From: Ptychomitrium polyphyllum
Lineage: Eukaryota
Assembly: GCA_973851085.1 (NCBI GenBank)
Contig: OZ316775.1
Location: 14,570,001-14,634,000 of the forward strand
Direction: 5' to 3'
DNA length: 64,000 nucleotides
Below are positions 55,784-64,000 of the stretch, in pieces (the stretch's first letter is position 1; each line of letters begins with the position of its first letter). The position numbers and the translations under genes were made by a program. Below the pieces are notes generated by a model. It searched no databases, was not told where the DNA came from, and worked only from the letters and a program-made list of their open reading frames with translations.

Positions 55784-57889
55784 TCAGCCCAAATGCCAGC
55801 CCACATAGGTAACACATTTATGCGGAGTAATAATGCATGGTTGAGGTTTGTATTGTGATCTATGGATTGATGCCTATCACAAACACAATAGTAATGACAC
55901 TATGGCATAACTAGAACAATATCAAAATGTCATTGTGAGGACCAAAATGTTCATTTGTTACTTAGAAGATTTTCCTTCAATGAAATTCATTTTGTACACT
56001 TGTTTTGGTGGAATACTCTTCTTATTGATGAAAGCAAAATGGAGAGTTTGGTTTCAAATACAATGTCCATATACCGGCAAGGTGGATTGGTTCTCATCCT
56101 TACATAAATGTGCTTATTAAAGACTTTGTAGGACTATAGACTCTACAAACATTGCAAGTGATATGCAAAGTGTTTTGGGTGGCAAAACTTTTACAAGTTT
56201 GAAATGTGGTAAGGATTAAGGGAGAATTTTTACCTTTGTGGTATTGGCCAACAATACCAAACAACCTTTGAGATGGGATTTAATGCAATGTACAACCGCT
56301 GTATTAATTGATTGGTTCAAACATTAGAGTTGAACTAATCACATAGAGGCTGCGATAGGATTCTAGTGGCATTAGTTGTTATATCATGGATGCAAAGCAT
56401 AAATAAAAAGTTGAAAATGGCTATTGTACAAAGGTATTGCACAAAGGAATTTTTTTTTAATATCTACATAGCAATATGTTCATTTCCACAATCATCTCTT
56501 TAAATAATAAGATGCAGATTTAGAAGACAATCATATGCATTAATATAGCATAAGTTCCTATTAAGATATAAAAAGTTTATAAATGCATTTTGGAAAGTAT
56601 TGGAATATAGTTGTAATTGTTAAAAAGCATAGCAATTATAGAAGTAAAACAATATTGTATAAATTTCTAGAATTAGTATGTACAATTGAAATATTGTATA
56701 TAGAAAAGAATAATTATTATGGTTTTTAATGCCACATGAAATGAAATGGAGAATTTCAATTTCTTAATTTTGACTTCTATAAAATATATATTTATTATAA
56801 ATGTGTCTTTTATTATTATACAATAAAATTTATGCAATGTCAAGTAGAAGGTTTTGGTATATAATATGCATTTTGAATTTGTTAGTTTTCTCATTGGTAA
56901 GTGAAACTTTCCACTTGCTTTTAATAAATGAATCCAACATGTGGTTTTCCTAGATGTTTATGCAAAATTGTGTTCAAGTTGGCTTCTTTAGTATTTGTGA
57001 AAATATTACATATTACATTTTCATATGGCATGTGATATTTTTACAAATGTTATTTTAAAATTAAAATGATAAAAAGCATACCGTATTTGATTGCTATTAG
57101 TTTCCATATACATGCTATGACAATAATATAAATTGATCTAGCATATTTTATGGTCAAATAAGTAAATTTATGGCAAATTTCAATTTAGTGTACAAGTTTG
57201 CTGTTAAGAAAATTATAATATATACTAAAATATGAAATTGGATTTCTAGAGCATCCACATCAAGTTCAAGGATAGTATAACTCAAATTGGCTAATGATGA
57301 AAATTCAAAAAGTCAATATTAGATTACAATTTTTATTTTGGATGGTGATTATGTTTTCTAGCAATATTGTTGTCAACTAACCACTCTTTTATCATCAATT
57401 GAAGCTAAATGTATTACATGTGCATCAACAACAAAAGAGTAAATATAGATCAAATAATAAATGAAAAAAATTGAATTTATTCAAGTAGAACCATTGCTTA
57501 TATATTATAATAATCAATCTTATATTATATTGACAAAAAATCCTTGTCATTATGAAAGGCCTAAACACACAATTATAAGACATCATTATCTTTGTGAAAA
57601 AATAAAATGCGGTGGCATTCAAATATAATTATGTCCAAGAGAAGAAATGATTGCATAAGCATTAACCAAGGCTTTTATCCAAGACAATCATATTCATTAT
57701 AATGAAAAATTCCAAAGTTTCAAATGTTAACCTTGAACATCCATTATGCAACCCCTAAACACTTCCAAAATTGATATTTTGTTGTATTATAATAAATACG
57801 GTCTTCAAGCCCAAATATTTTGAATGTTTATATTTAACAAATATTAGATAATTTCAATTTTTTCAAACTAGATATAAATTAAGAGAGGA

Positions 57890-57900
57890 CATACATACAC

Positions 57901-57933
<33 letters not shown>

Positions 57934-57978
57934 TACGTATATATACCTACATACGCACAAAGATACATACATACATAC
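57890..57978. repeat. Compound (ACACAT)n/(ATAC)n microsatellite
   Basis: ACATACATACACACACATACACATACACATACACATACACACACATAC... Confidence 0.9.
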
Positions 57979-58083
57979 TCATAGACAGACACAATGATAT
58001 ACATAACGAATACATTTTGCCTCCTCCGCGTGGATGGCTTGAAACTGGGGCTGTGTTCCAAGTCAACAAACATTGGTTCTACG

Positions 58084-58309
58084 TCTCTGGGATACCACGA
58101 GTGGTGCAGCAATGCAGCATAAGATAATAGCATGCATATTCGGGAGGTCGGACCCAGTTGTTGTTGAATTGTTTACCACTTCTCGGAAGCTCACGCGAGG
58201 TTTTCCCTGGCGCTCTCAGCACTACCAGATTCGTTATTCGCCTTTGAGGAGGAATAGTCTGACCTCCCGAATGTATTCCTGATGGTGTTGCAGCACCTGT
58301 CATTGGAGA
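58084..58309 (+). ncRNA. Candidate hairpin RNA / MIRNA-like precursor
   Basis: 58136-58153 pairs with 58257-58274 (18 contiguous bp, 2 G:U). Outer helices: TGCAGCAT/GTGTTGCA, GGTGC/GCACC, TCTCTGG/TTGGAGA. No known miRNA recognised. Confidence 0.35.
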
Positions 58310-58848
58310 AGGAAAAGGTTCACCCCTGACCGTTCTTTACTGATGATCATGACTCGTTTAGTATTCAATTCTAGTACATCGAGTGTTCGTTGACGTTTCA
58401 GACGAACACATAGTATGGTAGTTGACGGAGACCTGGCTGACATCTAACTCGGCAAGATGGAGTAAAGAGCAAAACGAGTGGAATTTGTGTTGGTCACAGC
58501 GTCACAGCAGAGGTGTAGCTGGACAGCGACCGATTTACTAAGCGATAACATCTAAAGCCATACCTTCATTTAGCAGATTGCCCCGCAGAGTAATCCGAAG
58601 GAAACCGGCCAGTCTACTCCAGGTTAGAGCAGCGTCGATGTCGACGACTTGGATTACAACGATTCACGAACATTAAAATCGGTTGCGGAAGTCAGTTTCT
58701 TCTGGACTTTTGCAGTTCGCACAACCATCATGTCAGCAGTCTGAAGTGTCGCGATGAAAGTGATAGTGACAGTGATGACGCTGGCTCTGTCGAGGCCGAG
58801 TTTTGTGTAAAATTCGTACTTTTCTGGAGCGTGCGACAGCTTACAGCC

Positions 58849-61800
58849 ATGGATGTTCGATTGGGCATCGAGTGCTCACGGACTCTCCTTCTCCAGCGAC
58901 TTTGCTTCGTCGCAGTACTGCTCGTCTCGTGCACACCTCTCACCTGCAACGCTGTTAACGCAACAATAGAGCAACAATACCAAATGAAGCAACGTGAGTA
59001 GTTCCACACCGGCCTCTGGTATATAGTACACATATTGAGTTAGCCAGGATTCATATCCCCGAGTAGAAAATGTGGGAGACCGATGCAGACCCCAAATGAA
59101 TCAAGCGTCTCGATCGATAAAGCAGTGGAGGTGCAGGGATCGTGAAGAGGAGGACTGTGAAGACTATCCATGTCCGATTAAATTTCCGTCACTGGCTTCG
59201 TCTTATTACTGGTGGCAAGTCGGCCCCGTGTCATTCTTAGTCTCTGGATTTTCAAATTTCTAACTTTTTGTATCGGTGATTTCGCAGTGAATGCTATGCA
59301 AGCGCTCTTTAGAGCATGGAAAAATGATACTCCCCAGCTTGAAAATAACCTGGCAGGCTGGAACACTTCTCAAGTGTATCCTTGCAGCCAGGAAATAACA
59401 GAAAACCCAAATCCCAATTGGCGTGGAGTGCAGTGTCTCACTGGCGTAAGTTGTACGTCGGAGAATTCCTCCCAGATCAATTGCAGTGCTTTCATCATAG
59501 GCTTGTGAGTGTTCACTTCTTTGATTTTTCTCCCACAATGTTTCATTTGCTGCAAAAACTGATGCCAGACATTAAGAATGAGTTATCTCTTTAGAAAAGA
59601 ACCCTGGAAAGCCAGCTGGTACATCATACAACGCCGAAGTCGGATGCCATATTCCCTGCGTGCATCTGGCCGGCATGGCTTGATCTCCTGTTTTTTGAAT
59701 TGGAAAAGTGACGCTCTAGTTTTCTTTTGAGTGTTGTTAGATTCTTCTAATTTAGGTTACTTTGCGAATTTGAAGTAGTTTACGAATCCAGAAGCGAAAA
59801 TGTGGTGCTTCGTTTGTAGGGGATCGTTTCCAGAGCTAGCATGCATTTGTTTGCTTGCACATCCTTGAATTGCTCCAGGTTTCTGATAATCAAAGGTTGA
59901 ATGACCACGACAAACAGGACCCTCCAAAATGCATCAATTGCAGGCTCTCTGCCTCCGGCAATTGGAAATATCTCCACGCTCGCTACACTGTGAGTCTTAA
60001 TTTGAACGGTCCTTCACTTTTGCTGGACGTTGATAAGAATCATGATCCAAGATGGCTTTTGTTTACGAAAACTGAAAGCTAAGATATTTTTAAATTGTAT
60101 GAACTTCCAGGTTCGTTGCATTAGGTAGAATTCCTCTTGTATCGTAAAGAGCTAAAAATTGATAAAACGAAAATCAACTATGGCATGATCCTGTATCGGA
60201 TGAGTTTATGACTTTACGAACTGTGAAATATTGAGTGCCTGGTTTAGAACTTTAGATTATGGATTTATTCAGATCCTTTTTCACTGATGAAAATCCTTGT
60301 GAGAGGATTTTGTTGTGCAGAGAGCTCTCAGGAAACCCTAAACTTACTGGAACTCTGCCAGCGACATTAGGGAATACGAGCTTATTCATCTTGTAAGATT
60401 TGCATTCTGTTCATGACAACCGTCACTTATCTTATTACAGCTTGCCATTGCTTTTGACGAGACTACAATCAAACACAAGCATAGGACATACATAGCTGGC
60501 TCTGACGCTGGAGGTAGACTCTGAAAGAAGTAATAAAATTCCTCAGTCACATACATCCGATGTAAACTCTAAAGATGGATTTCTGTCTTTTGTCACAGGG
60601 ATCTTCATGACAATGCGTTTTACGGGGAGATACCATATTTCGGGTCATTCGAGTGGCCCTTGACACTGTAAGTTTCCTATGAGTATGCCACAGCATTTGA
60701 AGTTATTTTTTCAAATGTTAGCAGCAGACAGCGCAATCATCTAACAATATGAATTGCGATTTTGACAGCGATCTGAGTGGCAACAAGTTTACCGGATCCT
60801 TTCCACTTCCTCAAATCCGTCCAATGAAGTACCTCCAGATATTAAAGCTTGGCAGAAATCATTTTGAAGGAGTAATACCTGAAGAGGCCTTTACCAACAT
60901 GACCCAGCTTGTCCGTTTGTAAGAATCTAAGTTTCAAACACCTGATTAGTTCTAGTCTTCCAGTTCAATAATTCGTGTATCTTGACTATGAATCTCTAGC
61001 TACCACCGGTTTAATTATCTGAGTCTCAGAAGTCTGAGATTCGGTTCTGGCTCCATGCAGGGATCTATCCAACAACAGTTTCAGTGGTACTCCGCCAAAA
61101 TTTACTACGCTCAAGGACCTTCAGACATTGTGAGTGGCATTTCCCTGTTCTTGAGCTATGTGTATCTTGTAGTCAATGGTAATTATAAGGCAATCATATT
61201 GCTTAGACTCATTTGTACGTAAAACCCCAAGAGATCTAAGCGTCTAACGAACTGAAGTTTGTCGTCATACTTTCGGAGTGCACCAAACTTCTATATTAAG
61301 ATCTGGTCGATGGTGACCGGCATTTGATCAATTGTGGTGGTAACTGATTGTTTAACCAATTTGAGTACGAGCCCCTCAAACCTCTCACTAATATTTTTAT
61401 TCTGGGATCCACAGAGATTTGTCCAGAAACGAGTTTATTGGGACTTTACCAGACCTAACAACGATGTATTTCTTAAGCAAAGTGTAAGTTTGGATGCTGA
61501 TGCCTAGAATTTTTGCGTAACATTTCATAAAAGCGTTGTTCTGGCGGAAGCTGCTGAAATACAATTTTGAAGAGTTGTCACGAGCTTTTCAGCTTTGTTA
61601 CGAGAAGTTGCTGTGTAGGCACGTCAGTTTCTTAATTGCTGTCCTCAGATTAAATTGCACTTTTCTTGGAGAGTGTGGCAACTTATGCTATCCAACATAG
61701 GATGCATCACAATATTTATTGTGGGAAATACATATTTGTCTCAGGTGGAACCCACACGTGTGTGCACACAACTACCAATATAGCTTCAATTTAGAAATTT

Positions 61801-64000
61801 GGAGCAATAGAGGAACAAGTATCCTGATTCTTGTATGTGCGTCTTCCACAGGAATTTGAGCAGGAATGCGTTTGTAGGATCGATTCTGTTCTCACCATCC
61901 TCTGATAGAACTCAGTACAATAGTCTTTCGGTGGTGGATCTATCTCACAATCAGTTTAGTACTGATTTCAATTCCTGGAACAGCTCTGTACTTGGCTCTC
62001 TTCAGGAACTGTAAGTTGCTCAATCTACCAAGTTCCATATTTCATTGCTTTAAATGCATACCGTGTGTGTTAATTTCGTGACTATGCATGGATTTACACA
62101 AATGAACGCCATGCATTAGCCATTTTAATTGTACTAAGCGTAGACAAAAGTAATCTACGACCTGGAAGTGTGATCAGAATGATACATTGACACAAAAGTA
62201 GCCTAACCAGTTACATGTATGTTCCAGGTATCTAGACAGCAATCTCATCAACCGGACACTTAACATCACTAAACTTTCTGCCTTAGGCTTTTTCAGTATG
62301 AAAAATACAAACTCAACAGCAACTTCAGGCATTTTAAGAGTACTTTCGTTGATGAACAACAATATTAGCAATGTTGTCTATGATGTGAAGGACATCGAAG
62401 GCATTGCCACAGTTATAAGGTAAGCACATATTTGTGTGATTGGTAGAAGTGACTCTTGACAAGAGAACAAGAAGGTCGAACGGATCATCCGTAGACCAAC
62501 TTGCATGAGAATGTACTCTTTGATGGTAGTTGGAATGCAACAATAGAACCTGTGCATGAAGTAGCTGCTCAAAAGCCTAGGCACGGCATTTCCTGTTGGA
62601 GTGTTCATTGATAGCATTTATTTATAATTTTGTTTTGTTTTGTTTTGTTGTTTAGACTACAAGGCAATCCTTTTTGCAAGTCTCCAGATTCTAATGACGG
62701 GACAAGATGTTTCTGCGAGCAAGTCTGCTTTAACTCAGGTATAGGTTCTCTTACTCAAGGTTTGATTGAAATGGTGTTTCAATACCTTTAACAACAATGC
62801 TTATTAGACAGTCATCGTATTTCAGATTCACTGAAAGATAGCAAGCGCAAGGACACGATCATCGCTGTGGTGGTCAGTGTAATGTCACTACTGATCCTAA
62901 TGATCAGTCTGACTGCTATATTTCATAGAAACAGAAGATACAAACGGTATCTCCAGCTTCAGGTTCAACAAAGTAAGCATGTTATCTGCACCACTAAAAT
63001 TGTCAACTAAGTTCAAGTTATGGTAATTTTGGCAAGGTCGCTTTGGTTTATGATTGATTCCTTTCTAGAAAACCAGTGCGGATGTAACAGCCACATGTTT
63101 TTTCGTATGTGAGCTCAGTTATTCAGAAGCTGAATCTCTCAGAATGATCCTTGAACGTGTATTTTCTGCAGAGTTTGAAGAATTTGAGGTTAAGCCAACA
63201 ATATTCTCCTATAGCCAGCTTCGAACTGCCACACGAGACTTCCATCCTGATTTGAAGTTGGGCGAGGGAGCATTTGGAGCAGTATACAAGGTAACACTCC
63301 AACCACGTAATCTAAATATCGCTAATTCAGACTGAGTAGCTGTTGCAGATAGAGTTCCATTACCTGCTAAGCATTATGCAGATTTACTCCGTGTGCAGTA
63401 AGCATTAAATGCTAGGGTTTATTCCCAACTATAACAACGGTTTCAAGGAAATAACACCATCCTTTCTCCTCTGTAGGGTATATTGCCGAATGAAAATGTA
63501 GTGGCTGTGAAGCAATTATTTGCCAAGACTACTCAGGGTATAGACGAATTCTTGAACGAGGTTGTTCTATTAACAGGAATGAAGCACAGGAACCTTGTGA
63601 ATCTGAAAGGATGTTGCATTCGTGAACAGCAAAGGTTGTTGGTATACGAGTATGTGGATAATTATGATGTTGACCAGGTCCTTCTTGGTGAGTTGTCCCT
63701 AAAACTCAGGTACTTTGATTTTCAGAGTTTTTATGAAATCTACCTAGTCTTCTTTGAAATTACTCTAAGCACTTCCTCTTGATCCTTGTTCAACTATTCT
63801 AGACAAGTATGGGATTGTAAACCTCAAACCCCCTGAGTAACTGAAGCTTGATTGTATCAGTCGATAGCAGCCTACTCATATGAAGTCAGTACCATTCTGT
63901 TGCCACAGGGGTTACAGACAGGGCCCTCTTGAGTTGGCCTGTGCGATTGAAGATCTGCTTGGGAGTGGCCCGTGGCTTGCATTACCTCCATTCCCTTGCT
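58849..64000 (+). CDS. LRR receptor-like Ser/Thr kinase (LRR-VIII-2-like kinase start), partial at 3' end
   Basis: Exons 58849-58993 (signal peptide), 59288-59504 (LRR cap PC...WRGVQC), 59918-59989, 60321-60392, 60599-60667, 60769-60918, 61061-61129, 61415-61483, 61852-62010, 62228-62419 (mostly 69/72-nt-type LRR exons, e.g. DLSGNKFTGSFP), 62656-62738 (LQGNPFC..C.C...C), 62826-62972 (TM IIAVVVSVMSLLILMISLTAIF), 63172-63290 (FSYSQLRTATRDF..KLGEGAFGAVYK), 63477-63687 (VAVKQL..KHRNLVNLKGCC..LLVYEY), 63909->64000. Confidence 0.92.

Overview
Intron-rich land-plant nuclear DNA. A bryophyte or moss origin is likely, but that is inference from gene style and cannot be proven here. I reconstructed four complete multi-exon genes by hand with GT-AG junctions in continuous frame: a GH20 beta-hexosaminidase (-), a Munc13/DUF810 unc-13 homolog (+), an ER-type Ca2+-ATPase ECA (+) and a peroxisomal sulfite oxidase (-). 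There is also an intronless Raf-like kinase (+) and the 5' part of an LRR receptor-like kinase (+) that runs off the window. Between these genes lie pseudogenes (a hexosaminidase duplicate, two F-box-type relics and an S-protein-homolog-like gene with two TAG stops), diverged duplications and AT-rich blocks. The most notable structure is the dead hexosaminidase paralog: it is diverged at both ends but apparently identical over about 2.15 kb, and that tract coincides with unusually GC-rich introns, which suggests GC-biased ectopic gene conversion. Two unannotated foldback hairpins (42.5 kb and 58.1 kb) and the SPH-like pseudogene near a malectin-less LRR-RLK also deserve a second look. No prokaryotic-type system is present, and I cannot claim a demonstrably new biological system from sequence alone.
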